The notes: generated by a model from the letters alone, not told the origin. Positions 29,993 to 41,507 are shown, counted from the first letter of the stretch. The stretch: DNA of 64,000 bases from Candidatus Babeliales bacterium (GCA_963722255.1 CAVRJO010000002.1:384001-448000); one strand, 5' to 3'. Made by a program: numbers and translations.

Positions 29993-32900
29993 TTATAAAG
30001 GCGGGAATGACAAATTAGAATTTAGATTCGCAAATGGACTCCTTGTATTAGCTTGAAATTGCGTATATATATTTGTTGCAAATACATAATTAAGATCATT
30101 CTGGAACGCAGTATTCTGAATAACAAGATTAGAGCTTGAAGAAGCACTAATCCCTCTTCCGGAAGATACTCCTGCTGTAACGGTTGGTCCCGTTACATTG
30201 CTTACATTGTTTCCCATAATTTGTGTTTTGGAAGGAAAGTTTAATCCTGATAAAACTTCAACTGAAAGCGTTGCTGTGTTTTGGACCCCTCCAATAACAA
30301 CTAAATCTCCTTTTGGGGACCAATCAACATCATCAACTGTTGCACCATGACTATATTCTGAAACAAGAGTTAAAGAAGAACCACTATAACTGACAACTCG
30401 AGTATCAAAACTACTACTTGGTGCACCCCCGATTAAAATATAGTTATTATCGGGAGACCAAGCAACACCTAAAGTGGTTCCGCCCGTTGTAAACGTAGGG
30501 CCTGCGGTTAATGTAGTTCCATTAAATGTATAGACTTGTATTGCAGTACCTGTAGTGGTACCTATTACAATTTTTTGACCATCTGACGACCATCTAATAG
30601 TACCAATCGCTCCAATTGTTGAAGTTGCCGAAGTAAGAACGCTTATTGTTGTACCATTAATTCTCACAATACTTATTAATCCGTTACCTGAAGTTCCTCC
30701 CACAACAAGAAGGCTTGGATTTGTTGGGCACCAATGCACTGCAACTGCAAAAAAAGTAGCTCCGCCTGTATTTGAAGGAAGATTTGCAATTAAAGAGAAG
30801 GGAATTGTTGCATTTGCATTAAATTCATATATTAAAAGTGCACCCGTACAAACAGCAATATATTTACCATTTTGCGACCAACTTACTGCGTTTGGAGCTG
30901 CTAAAACCTCAATATTATTAACGCTATAGCTCGCACCAAACATTCCACCGCTAAAAGAATAAACTGTTATTTTACCACCAGCAACACTATCAACAGCAAC
31001 AAGATAAGCACTATCAGGTGACCATGATATAGCTCTTGCATTAGCTGAGGCATCGACAACACTTGCAGTAACTATTAAAACACCATTTGTTAGCTCATAT
31101 ACCAAAATAGTGCCTAAAGTAGATGTTGCTATGTATCTTCCATCAGGCGACCACGCGATGGAAGTTATTGTTCCGGCTCCCGATATAGAAGGTAAAGATG
31201 AATTACTCAGTGCCGTAAAGGTATACGCCATTTGAATACCAAAGGGCTGCGCATTGGAACTGGTAGAAACATTACTTATTATATTATTTGTTATAATATC
31301 ACGATTTTCACCGGAACCAATAAAAATGGCATTAGCGCTATTGACTGAAGAAGTATCGCTGGTGCTGACATTATTAATGAAACAGTCTGTAAATATATTG
31401 CTCCCTCCATTATTTGCAGTAATGCCAAATATACTACCTGTGGTCGTCGTAGTATTTTTGATGGTACATGCTGATATATTATTAGAAAAACTGCTATTGA
31501 ACTCCATTCCGGCACTTAATGAATTGAAAATTGAACAATTTGATACTTCTCCACCTAGAGCAGCATTTAAAGTCAGAGCTGTTGTATTACCAACAAATTC
31601 TACATCCGTAATTTCAAATGTGGAAATAGGTGAACCAGTCGTTCCATTAAATAAAACACCATGTTGTGAATTTAAGATTGTCGTACCTGATAAATCAATA
31701 TTTGAAGAACCTGCTGCGATGCTAATGCCATTTCCAGTCATGCCACTTAACGACCCATTATTAATAGAGACATTTGATTGACCATTAATTAATATGCCAT
31801 TCACTCCTGTTGTACTATTACTTTGAGTAATGCCATTACATCCTAAATCAAGGGATACATTGCTCGCATTAATGGTTATGGCTGAACTACCCGGCGTTAC
31901 CGGAGCAAAAGAAACATTACTTGCAAGAGTATACGCACCTGCTTGTGCAATAACATAGCCGGAAGTTCCAATTAATGCTGCAGTGATTATAGTTGTTACA
32001 CATCCTTGATTTAGTAAAATTTCATTAAGAACAGTAAACGTTCCATTGAAATCATTAGTAATTGTTTGCTTAATGTCGGCAAGCACCGTGAAGGTATTTA
32101 CCGCAGTCGAGTTGATAGCGGCAATGGCGGTGAATGTTCCGTTGAATTCAGTGAAAGTCCCATTAAAATCATTGGTGATGGTTTGCTTAATATCGGCAAG
32201 CACTGTAAAGGTATTTACCGCAGTCAAACTGATAGCGGCAATGGCGGTGAATGTTCCATTGAATTCAGTAAACGTCCCATTGAAATCGTTGGTTATCGTT
32301 TGTTTAATATCAGCAAGCGCAGTGAATGTTCCATTAAATTCATTAGTAATATTAGTGCAACATGCATTCAATGCCGTGAAGGTTCCGTTAAAGTCGTTAG
32401 TTATCGTTTGTTTAATGTCGGCAAGCACCGTAAAAGTGTTTACCGCAGTCAAATTGATAGCGTCAATAGCAGTAAAGGTTCCATTAAAATCATTAGTAAT
32501 TGTTTGCTTAATATCTGCAAGCACCGTAAAGGTATTTACTGCACTCAAATTGATAGCAGCAATAGCAGTAAACGTCCCATTGAAATCATTTGTTATCGTT
32601 TGTTTAATATCAGCAAGCGCAGTGAATGTTCCATTAAATTCATTGGTAATATTAGTGCAACATGCATTGAGTGCCGTGAAAGTACCATTAAATTCATTAG
32701 TAATTGTTTGCTTAATATCTGCAAGCACCGTGAAGGTATTTATTGCACTCAAATTGATAGCAGCAATGGCAGTAAATGTTCCATTGAATTCAGTAAACGT
32801 CCCGTTGAAATCATTAGTTATCGTTTGTTTGATATCAGCAAGTGCAGTGAATGTTCCATTAAATTCATTGGTGATATTAGTGCAACATGCATTGAGTGCT

Positions 32901-35692
32901 GTGAAGGTGCCATTAAAATCATTGGTAATTGTTTGCTTAATATCTGCAAGCACTGTGAAGGTATTTACTGCATTTAAATTGATAGCGGCAATGGTGGTGA
33001 ATGTCTCATTAAAGTCATTAGTTATCGTTTGTTTGATATCTGCAAGCGCAGTGAACGTTCCATTAAATTCATTGGTAATATTAGTGCAGCATGCATTCAA
33101 TGCCGTGAAGGTTCCATTAAAATCATTAGTGATGGTTTGTTTAATGTCGGCAAGCACGGTGAAAGTATTTACTGCACTCAAATTGATAGCAGCAATAGCG
33201 GTAAATGTTCCATTAAAGTCGTTAGTCACCGTTTGTTTGATATCTGCTAGCGCAGTGAAGGTGCCATTAAATTCATTAGTAATTGTTTGCTTAATATCTG
33301 CAAGCACTGTAAAGGTATTTACTGCAGTCAAATTGATAGCGGCAATGGCAGTAAATGTTCCATTGAACTCAGTGAAAGTCCCATTGAAATCATTTGTTAT
33401 TGTTTGTTTGATATCTGCAAGCGCAGTGAATGTTCCATTAAATTCATTAGTAATATTAGTGCAACACGCATTAAGTGCCGTGAAGGTACCATTGAAATCA
33501 TTAGTAATTGTTTGCTTAATATCAGCAAGCACGGTGAAAGTATTTACTGCACTAAAATTGATAGCAGCGATAGCAGTGAAAGTACCGTTAAAGTCATTAG
33601 TAATATTAGTGCAACATGCATTGAGTGCCGTAAACGTTCCATTAAAATCATTAGTGATTGTTTGCTTAATGTCGGCAAGCACTGTGAAGGTATTTACTGC
33701 ACTAAAATTGATAGCAGCAATAGCTGTAAATGTTCCATTAAATTCAGTAAAAATACCATTGAAATCATTAGTAATTGTTTGCTTAAGATCAGCGATTGCT
33801 GTGTAGGTGCCAAGGAATCCAGCATTCAATACAGTAAATATTGCAGTAGTATCATTAAGTAATATCGTGTTCAATACTGTGAAAGTGCCATTAAAATCAT
33901 TGGTGATGGTTTGCTTAATATCGGCAAGCACTGTGAAGGTATTTACTGCACTAAAATTGATAGCGGCAATAGCAGTAAACGTTCCATTAAAGTCGTTGGT
34001 TATCGTTTGCTTAATATCCGCCAATATTGTCCAAGTATTGGCAAAATCATTAGCGAGGTTGGTGCAACATGCATTGAGTGCTGTGAAGGTGCCGTTAAAA
34101 TCATTGGTGATGGTTTGCTTGATATCTGCAAGCACTGTAAAAGTATTTACTGCATTCAAATTGATAGCAGCAATAGCAGTGAAAGTCCCATTAAAATCGT
34201 TAGTTATCGTTTGTTTGATATCGGCAAGTGCAGTGAATGTTCCGTTGAATTCATTGGTGATATTAGTGCAGCACGCATTGAGTGCCGTAAACGTTCCATT
34301 AAAATCATTAGTGATTGTTTGCTTAATGTCGGCAAGCACTGTGAAGGTATTTACTGCACTAAAATTGATAGCGGCAATGGCAGTAAAGGTTCCATTAAAA
34401 TCGTTGGTTACCGTTTGTTTGATATCAGCTAATATTGTCCAGGTATTTGCAAAATCATTAGAGAGGTTGGTGCAACATGCATTGAGTGCAGTAAAGGTGC
34501 CATTAAAATCATTAGTAATTGTTTGTTTGATGTCAGCTAAAACTGTCCAGGTAAAATCAAAATCGTTTTGAATAGTAGCACAGCAGGTTGTTAAAGTAGT
34601 ATCAAGATCATGAAGAGTTGAGTAAACACCAGAAAGGTCGCATGATCCTGTAGAAATAGCAGCAATAGCAGTAAATGTTCCGTTGAAATCAGTAGTTATT
34701 GTTGTTTTGATATCGGCTAATATTGTCCAGGTGAAATCAAAATCGTTTTGAATAGTGGCACTGCAGGTTGTTAAAGTAGTATCAAGATCATGAAGAGTTG
34801 TGTAAACACCAGAAAGGTCGCATGATCCTGCAACAATAGCCGCAATAGAAGTGAAAGTCCCATTAAAATCTGTAGTGATAGTTTGTTTGATATCGGCTAA
34901 TATTGTCCAGGTGAAATCAAAATCATTTTGAATAGTGGCACAGCAGGTTGTTAAAGTGGTATCAAGATCATGAAGAGTTGTGTAAACACCAGAAAGATCG
35001 CATGATCCTGTAGAAATAGCAGCAATAGCAGTAAATGTTCCATAGAAATCAGTGGTTATTGTTGTTTTGATATCATTCAGCGTGGTGTAAACACCGGAGA
35101 GATCACAAGTGCCTGCAACAATAGCTGCAATAGCAGTAAAAGTGCCATTAAAATCTGTAGTGATTGTTTGTTTGATATCAGCAAGAATTGAGAAGGTTTG
35201 CGCAAAATCGGCTAAAAGTTCATCACAGCAGTTTGATTGATTGTTACAACAATTAATGATAAGTAACTTAATGCTTTCTAAAAATTCTAATATTGGCGTT
35301 AAGTTACATGTTACTAGAGCTGAACCGACAGCTCCCGGACTATCAACTGGTGCATCAGGACGAGGTGCTTTTGAACTTTTAAGTTGCTCTTCTAAGCCCT
35401 GAATAAGTTCAGGAAATGCACAAATAAGATCTTCTTTAAAAACAGTTAATTCACCTTGTGCAAGTCTTTCATAGCATCGTATCAAATTTTCAGATACAGT
35501 GTTGATACTATTATTTGCTAATGCATTTGTAAGTATGCTTTCAAGGAAATCTATAAAGGTATCAGGTACGGTATACGTTTCATTATTTTCTAAAATTGTG
35601 CCTTGTTGAGCTGTTACTAGTAGGGGTTGTAGAAATAAGGTTATTAACAAAAAAATGTCTAATAACTTTTTTAGTTTTTTTAATAGCTTCAT
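29993..35692 (-). CDS. 1899-aa exported fibre protein: APRPDAP N-domain + FNGTFT/CC repeat stalk + beta-helix with inserted 7-blade WD40 propeller
   Basis: Signal peptide, AAGG RBS; ~1050 aa of repeats; Asn/Ile/Ser pectin-lyase-like region; seven W-S-x-D-G-like blades. Confidence 0.85.
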   Translation of the reverse strand: MKLLKKLKKLLDIFLLITLFLQPLLVTAQQGTILENNETYTVPDTFIDFLESILTNALANNSINTVSENLIRCYERLAQGELTVFKEDLICAFPELIQGLEEQLKSSKAPRPDAPVDSPGAVGSALVTCNLTPILEFLESIKLLIINCCNNQSNCCDELLADFAQTFSILADIKQTITTDFNGTFTAIAAIVAGTCDLSGVYTTLNDIKTTITTDFYGTFTAIAAISTGSCDLSGVYTTLHDLDTTLTTCCATIQNDFDFTWTILADIKQTITTDFNGTFTSIAAIVAGSCDLSGVYTTLHDLDTTLTTCSATIQNDFDFTWTILADIKTTITTDFNGTFTAIAAISTGSCDLSGVYSTLHDLDTTLTTCCATIQNDFDFTWTVLADIKQTITNDFNGTFTALNACCTNLSNDFANTWTILADIKQTVTNDFNGTFTAIAAINFSAVNTFTVLADIKQTITNDFNGTFTALNACCTNITNEFNGTFTALADIKQTITNDFNGTFTAIAAINLNAVNTFTVLADIKQTITNDFNGTFTALNACCTNLANDFANTWTILADIKQTITNDFNGTFTAIAAINFSAVNTFTVLADIKQTITNDFNGTFTVLNTILLNDTTAIFTVLNAGFLGTYTAIADLKQTITNDFNGIFTEFNGTFTAIAAINFSAVNTFTVLADIKQTITNDFNGTFTALNACCTNITNDFNGTFTAIAAINFSAVNTFTVLADIKQTITNDFNGTFTALNACCTNITNEFNGTFTALADIKQTITNDFNGTFTEFNGTFTAIAAINLTAVNTFTVLADIKQTITNEFNGTFTALADIKQTVTNDFNGTFTAIAAINLSAVNTFTVLADIKQTITNDFNGTFTALNACCTNITNEFNGTFTALADIKQTITNDFNETFTTIAAINLNAVNTFTVLADIKQTITNDFNGTFTALNACCTNITNEFNGTFTALADIKQTITNDFNGTFTEFNGTFTAIAAINLSAINTFTVLADIKQTITNEFNGTFTALNACCTNITNEFNGTFTALADIKQTITNDFNGTFTAIAAINLSAVNTFTVLADIKQTITNDFNGTFTAIDAINLTAVNTFTVLADIKQTITNDFNGTFTALNACCTNITNEFNGTFTALADIKQTITNDFNGTFTEFNGTFTAIAAISLTAVNTFTVLADIKQTITNDFNGTFTEFNGTFTAIAAINSTAVNTFTVLADIKQTITNDFNGTFTVLNEILLNQGCVTTIITAALIGTSGYVIAQAGAYTLASNVSFAPVTPGSSAITINASNVSLDLGCNGITQSNSTTGVNGILINGQSNVSINNGSLSGMTGNGISIAAGSSNIDLSGTTILNSQHGVLFNGTTGSPISTFEITDVEFVGNTTALTLNAALGGEVSNCSIFNSLSAGMEFNSSFSNNISACTIKNTTTTTGSIFGITANNGGSNIFTDCFINNVSTSDTSSVNSANAIFIGSGENRDIITNNIISNVSTSSNAQPFGIQMAYTFTALSNSSLPSISGAGTITSIAWSPDGRYIATSTLGTILVYELTNGVLIVTASVVDASANARAISWSPDSAYLVAVDSVAGGKITVYSFSGGMFGASYSVNNIEVLAAPNAVSWSQNGKYIAVCTGALLIYEFNANATIPFSLIANLPSNTGGATFFAVAVHWCPTNPSLLVVGGTSGNGLISIVRINGTTISVLTSATSTIGAIGTIRWSSDGQKIVIGTTTGTAIQVYTFNGTTLTAGPTFTTGGTTLGVAWSPDNNYILIGGAPSSSFDTRVVSYSGSSLTLVSEYSHGATVDDVDWSPKGDLVVIGGVQNTATLSVEVLSGLNFPSKTQIMGNNVSNVTGPTVTAGVSSGRGISASSSSNLVIQNTAFQNDLNYVFATNIYTQFQANTRSPFANLNSNLSFPPL
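32030..35200 (-). repeat. mosaic coding repeat array (7/14/17/18/25-aa modules; three 180-bp units near 34500-35050)
   Basis: Recurrent ADIKQTITNDFNGTFT, NACCTNITNEFNGTFTAL, AAINxxAVNTFTVL, EFNGTFT. Confidence 0.9.
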
Positions 35693-36024
35693 TTAATACC
35701 TTCTAAACTCTTTTTAAAAAAAATCGCGTCTATTTGTTATTATGTAATCAAAAAACAGACTATGAAATGACGGCATACAATTTCAATGGTTATACAGTAA
35801 ATTTTTAAGGGATTATATGAAATTCTCACTAAGAATTTATTCTAACTTTTTGTTTATTGGAATGACAAAAACAGTACAAGATTCAACAACAATTTGAAAA
35901 GAATATAAGAAGTTCTTTTGACAATAGAATTTCGCTTATTTGAGAGAAAAAAATTAATCAAGAGACTGATAGCACCATCGAACCCGCCTAATTCTATTGT
36001 CCCTAATTCTATTATCAAAGAGAT

Positions 36025-37128
36025 CTAGAGTTTAAATATACTTAATAATGTTTTATCTAATTTTTCTAATTCAAAATCAAGATCTTTTTGAAGCATGAGC
36101 CCTGTTTTGGCATCAATATGCGTAATAACAGAAACACTATTAAGAATTCCGTAACGAATTGCCGTTTCTACAGATCCAAATCGAGCTATTCCTGCTACAA
36201 ATGCGGACCCAAATGCATCTCCTGCCCCTAATGTATTTACCACCTTTATGGGGAAACTAGGATGAAAATAGATTGTATTTTCAGAATAGACATAAACACC
36301 TTCAGCACCATTAGTAACCACTACAATTTTAGGACCACGAGCGGCTACGGCTTTGAAATAGTTGATCAGATTGAAGCATTCATCATGGGAATTGTATACT
36401 TCACTCAATAAAAATGGCATTTTTTGAGTAGCATTATGCATATCAAACTTCAAATTCAATGGCCCTGTCAAGTCAGAATGGGCAAGAGAAATCATAAATT
36501 GACGAGCTTCTTCTTTGTTTAAAATCAAAATATCGATATTTGGTAAAGCACGGCATAATGCAACAGCGCCTGCCAAAAGTTGGCTTCGACCTGGATTATT
36601 TGCCACAACCAACCCATCAGATTTTGCTTGTTCAGTTATTGGTAAAAGATGATGTGAAGATTCACCACTCAAAGAGGTGATATAGAGATACGAATAGTTT
36701 TTTAATTTTTGCAAAGGAAGTTCATTTGTTTGAATCTTTGTATTACTTCCTCGAAAGGCTAAAACAGTTCGCTCTCCTTTAAAAGAAGGAATAATAAATG
36801 AAATACCGGTTTGACCATTTTTATCAACGACGCAATCCTGAACTGATATCCCCTCATTTTTTAACGCCTCTAAAATCATAGAGCCTTGACTATCTTCACC
36901 TATTTTAAAAAACGAAGAAACATCAAATCCTAAACGTTTGAATGAAACGGCTGAATTAGTTGCTCCACCTCCTGTTGAGTATCTAATTCTATCAATCTCA
37001 ATTTTCGATCCTTCCTGCAATAACAGGAAGGATTCTTTTTCATTTTTGCGACAAAATTCAATCGTTTGTATATCCTCATGATGAATAAAAATATCCTGAG
37101 AAGCACCACCGAGCGTTAATATTTTCAT
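36025..37128 (-). CDS. PfkB-family carbohydrate kinase
   Basis: GGGATNSA, VVTNGAEG, NTLGAGDAFGSAF. Confidence 0.92.
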   Translation of the reverse strand: MKILTLGGASQDIFIHHEDIQTIEFCRKNEKESFLLLQEGSKIEIDRIRYSTGGGATNSAVSFKRLGFDVSSFFKIGEDSQGSMILEALKNEGISVQDCVVDKNGQTGISFIIPSFKGERTVLAFRGSNTKIQTNELPLQKLKNYSYLYITSLSGESSHHLLPITEQAKSDGLVVANNPGRSQLLAGAVALCRALPNIDILILNKEEARQFMISLAHSDLTGPLNLKFDMHNATQKMPFLLSEVYNSHDECFNLINYFKAVAARGPKIVVVTNGAEGVYVYSENTIYFHPSFPIKVVNTLGAGDAFGSAFVAGIARFGSVETAIRYGILNSVSVITHIDAKTGLMLQKDLDFELEKLDKTLLSIFKL

Positions 37129-37139
37129 AGGCGATAGTA

Positions 37140-39501
37140 TTATGCTTTCTTTTGTTTTTCCATAAGCACATGATCAAGTACCTCCTGAGCATGATTTACC
37201 CAAATTATATTAACACCTTGTGCGATTTCTTCAAAGCCAACAAGATCATTTTTATTTTTTTGCGGTAAAATAACATAAGGAACTTTGTTACGTTTGGCTG
37301 CTAATATTTTTTCCTTAACGCCGCCTATCGGCATTACATTTCCTCTCAAATTCAACTCACCAGTCATTGCATATTGCGCATTAATTGGCTTATGAGTTAA
37401 TGCTGAAAGAATAGAAGTAAGCATAGTTACGCCAGCTGAAGGACCGTCTTTTGGAACACCGCCTGCAGGCACATGTATATGTAAATCATAATTCGTAAAC
37501 ATATCCTTAGAAATACCAAACTCTTTTGCATGTGCTCGTGCATAACTCAAAGCTGCCTGTGCAGACTCTTTCATAACCGATCCAAGCTGGCCGGTCAATA
37601 AGAGTTTGCCCTTGCCCGGCATGACTAATGCTTCAATTTTTATCATTTCTCCGCCAAAAGAAGTCCATGCAAGACCATTGGTAATACCAATTCTATTTTC
37701 ACAATCAACGATATCATCTAAAAATCTTCGAGGGCCTAAATATTTATCCAAATTTTCTTAAGTAAAAACTAAATGCTGGTTATCTTCAACTATAGAACGA
37801 GCTGCCTTACAACAAAGCTTACGCATGGTTCTTTCCAGTTGTCGCACCCCTGCTTCACGAGTGTAATTAGTGATAACATCCAGTATTATATCATCTTCAA
37901 AAGCAATATTGGAATTTTCAAGGCCGGAATCATAAATCGCTTTTTTTACAAGATGTAGTTTACATATGTGCAATTTTTCAGTTACGGTATATCCGGAAAG
38001 CTGGATAATTTCCATACGATCTCGTAATGGTTCAGAAATGGTTTCAAGATTATTGGCAGTTGCAATAAAAATCACTTTTGAAAGGTCAAATGCAATTCCT
38101 AAATAGTTATCATAAAATGTTTTATTTTGATGTGGATCCAGGACCTCAAGCATAGCTGCTGAAGGATCACCTCTAAAATCAGCACCAATTTTATCAAGCT
38201 CATCGATAATGATTACCGGATTTGATGAGGCTACTTTTCTAAAACCTTGTATAAATCTTCCCGGCATTGCGCCAACATAAGTTCTTCGATGACCTCTAAT
38301 TTCTGCTTCATCTTTAACGCCACCTAAAGATACTCTAAAATATTCGCGTCCTAAGCTTTTTGCAATAGATTTTCCCAATGAAGTTTTACCGGTTCCTGGA
38401 GGACCCGCAAAACATAAAATCGGTGTATATCCGTCTTTTTTAAGATTGTCGTATTGAGATAAAATCTAAAATTCTTTCTTTAATATCATTAAGACCATAA
38501 TGATCTTCATCAAGTATGCCTTTTGCATGCTTAATATCAAGATTATCTACCGTCTCTTTTCCCCATGGCAAAGCTAAAATCCATTCAAGATAATTTCTCG
38601 TTACTGATGCTTCCATAGAATCCGGAGCAGTTCTTTCAAGACGATTTAATTGTCTTATTACTTCAGTGTATGCTTCTTCTGGTAAGGTTAATTGCTCAAG
38701 CTTAGCGCGCATCGCTTCGATTTCTTCATGATCATCTTCGCCCAAGTTCTTTTTTTATTGCTTTCATTTGTTCACGTAAATAAAATTCTTTTTGTGATTT
38801 ATTCATAGATTCACGAGCTCGATTTTTAATTCTTTCTTGAATTTCAGCAACTTCTAATTCTCGCGTTAAAAAGAAATATAATCCCTTCTAGGAACTCTTT
38901 ATTTGTTTGCGTCTCTAAAAGATCTTGGGCTCTGTCAACATTTAAATTAAGATGCGAAATATAAAATCAGCTATTTTTTCAGCGTCATTGCATTTTAGAG
39001 ATAATATCATATGAAAATCGGGACTAAGCATATGTCCTGAAGTTGCTCATTTTTTCAGCCAATTCTTTAATATTTTTGATTTGTGCCAATAACTTCAGGA
39101 TGCATTTGCTAATGATCTTGATCAAATGGCTCAACTAGAGCATTAAGCGATTCTTCATGTGCTAATATTTCTTTACTTTTGCTTTACAAATCCCTTGAAC
39201 AAAATTTTAATACCACCTTCTGGAATTTTAATAAGTCGCATTATAGATGCAACTGTACCTACTTCATATAAATCTTTAGTGCCTATGGCTCCTTGATAAT
39301 TATCGATTCTTTTTTTAGCAGCTAACAGCATAATCTATTTTTGAATTTTCTACTGCAGTGCTGGATGCCCTTGATGATCTTTTCATCAAGAACTAAAAAT
39401 GGAACAATCATATGTGGAAATACAACCACATCCATAGTGGGTATGACCGGCAATATTTCTGGAATTTTTTCTTGAACATTCTTGATTGACAATGTCTTCA
39501 T
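37140..39501 (-). CDS. lon: Lon protease, broken by several indels and one in-frame TAA (probably assembly errors)
   Basis: ATG 39501 [67 protein letters not shown]. Confidence 0.93.
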
Positions 39502-39663
39502 TAGTCCCCCTGAATTAATGTAAATGAACCAATTCTATTATGCTCTATAACAGATTGAACATTTTGATCCCTTAGAAAACAGTCTACTCAAATGTCCCAA
39601 ATGAAAACAAGAATTAACACACTCTATGAATTTCAAAATGACAAATAATTCAAAAACAATAAG

Positions 39664-40236
39664 TTATTGGATAATCTTCTTTTTGGGAGGTATTGCAAAA
39701 GATTGAAATGCTTGTTTTTTATGGATTTGCTCTCTTTTTTGAGTAATAGTATCAAAAAGTATCGTTGCATGAAAAACATTACTGCTCATTATACTACCAT
39801 CTGAACCTATTTTATGGTTCTCATCCTTCGATTTTTCTATTTCTTTTATTGTTGCATCCCAGACAAATTCAGAAACATAGGCAACTTTTCTTTTTTTTAG
39901 TGAAAAAAAATTCTTCCTTGATTTAACAGTATATTGTTTTGATTTTTCAATCCCATCATAAAAACTATTTTTCACAAGATCCATTTCAACATCACCTACA
40001 TATTTATCTAGCAGAATTAACTCTTTTTGGTATGCTTCTTGTTCAAGTTTATCTTTATTTTTTTCCAACGTAGTAATAACCCCATTTAATTCTTCTAGAA
40101 GATTAATCCCAAATAAGGTACATTTACTTGAATTCTTTCTAAGTTCTTCATAATCGACTATTGGTCCTTCCATACATAAGGAATTGCAAAAACAACCCAA
40201 AACAAAGATCACCACTCTGTAAAAGTTTTTGGTCAT
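39664..40236 (-). CDS. exported hypothetical protein with NLS-like motifs
   Basis: AGGAG RBS; signal peptide SLC|ME; LKKRKV and terminal PPKKK. Confidence 0.7.
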   Translation of the reverse strand: MTKNFYRVVIFVLGCFCNSLCMEGPIVDYEELRKNSSKCTLFGINLLEELNGVITTLEKNKDKLEQEAYQKELILLDKYVGDVEMDLVKNSFYDGIEKSKQYTVKSRKNFFSLKKRKVAYVSEFVWDATIKEIEKSKDENHKIGSDGSIMSSNVFHATILFDTITQKREQIHKKQAFQSFAIPPKKKIIQ

Positions 40237-40350
40237 AAACTCTCCTTTTTCTCTTTTTTTCGATTCATAATTTATATTAGCAGATGCTCAGGTATAAAAT
40301 AAAGCTTAATGATATGACATTTTCATAAAAAAGTTGTATAGTATAAGTAT

Positions 40351-41325
40351 ATGGATATCAATTTAATTATTCAATTTGTTAAAAATAATACTCTTCTTAC
40401 AACTTCCGATACCGTTATCTTAGGATTATCGGGAGGCCCCGATTCTGTCTTTTTACTCTATTTTCTCAAAGAAGCTCAGAAGAATCTTGGATTTTCTCTT
40501 GTTGCTGCCCATCTTGATCATGGATGGCGCGTCGAATCGGCCAACGATCTCATTTTTTGTGAAAATGTCTGTAAAGCATTAGATATCCCATTTGTAAGCG
40601 CTCAAGCGTCGGAACTTTCTATTAACTTTAAAAAGAATGGGTCTCAAGAAGCTTTGGGAAGGGTTTTACGTCAACATTTTTTAGAAACTATACGAAAACA
40701 GTATAATGGCACAAAAATTGCCGTTGCCCATCACAAGCAAGACCAGCAAGAAACATTTTTTATTCGGCTTATTCGAGGATCTTCACTTACGGGTCTTACT
40801 GCCATGAAACCTAAGGCGGGCTTTTATATTCGTCCCTTATTGCAAACAAGCAAATCTGATATTCTTGCCTATTTGCATGAACATAATATCCCTTACCTAA
40901 CAGATTCTACTAATGCTTCTGAAAATTTTTTACGCAATAGAATTCGTTTAAATGTTTTACCCGCTTTACAAAAGGTCGATACTCGTTTTGATACAAATTT
41001 TTTAAGCACTTTAGAATCTTTACAAGAAACAGAACAGTTTTTACAAAACTTAACAGTAAAAACCTATGAAGAATTAGTGGTTGATAGTTCAAATTTTCTT
41101 TGCTTGTCAAAGCTTTTGGCTCTTGATGATTTTTTACAAAACCGCATTATTTTGCATTGGCTCATTGAAAATAAGGTTACGTTTACGCCATCTCAAAGCT
41201 TTTTAGAAGAGATTCGAAAATTTTTGCACCAAACTAAAAGCAGTTCTCATATGATTCATACGAATTGGATGATATTTAAAAAACAAAAAAATGTTTTTAT
41301 CAAAAAAATTGAAAAACAATTTTAA
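40351..41325 (+). CDS. tilS: tRNA(Ile)-lysidine synthetase (short form)
   Basis: SGGPDS PP-loop, HLDHGWR, AHHKQDQQET, IRPLL, DSTN, RNRIR. Confidence 0.95.
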   Translation: MDINLIIQFVKNNTLLTTSDTVILGLSGGPDSVFLLYFLKEAQKNLGFSLVAAHLDHGWRVESANDLIFCENVCKALDIPFVSAQASELSINFKKNGSQEALGRVLRQHFLETIRKQYNGTKIAVAHHKQDQQETFFIRLIRGSSLTGLTAMKPKAGFYIRPLLQTSKSDILAYLHEHNIPYLTDSTNASENFLRNRIRLNVLPALQKVDTRFDTNFLSTLESLQETEQFLQNLTVKTYEELVVDSSNFLCLSKLLALDDFLQNRIILHWLIENKVTFTPSQSFLEEIRKFLHQTKSSSHMIHTNWMIFKKQKNVFIKKIEKQF

Positions 41326-41390
41326 TGCACTAAGCCTTTTTATCTGCCTTTTTTATTTTTATTATATGCTAAATATTGGCAATTCAAATT

Positions 41391-41414
41391 GTCCAGCAGG
41401 CTGCTGGACTTTTT
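41391..41414 (+). terminator. intrinsic terminator after tilS
   Basis: GTCCAGC-AGGCT-GCTGGAC followed by TTTTT. Confidence 0.7.
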
Positions 41415-41507
41415 CATAAGCCAAGTAAAAGCCTCGCATATAAAAAATGTTTGATCGGGAAAAACCCGCTAATCCAGGAAATTCTTTTTGTATATCTTCA
41501 GCTCAAA

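Noticed and set aside
31254..34571. Several long plus-strand ORFs over the 29993 gene
   Set aside because: Antisense shadows caused by biased codon use in the repeats
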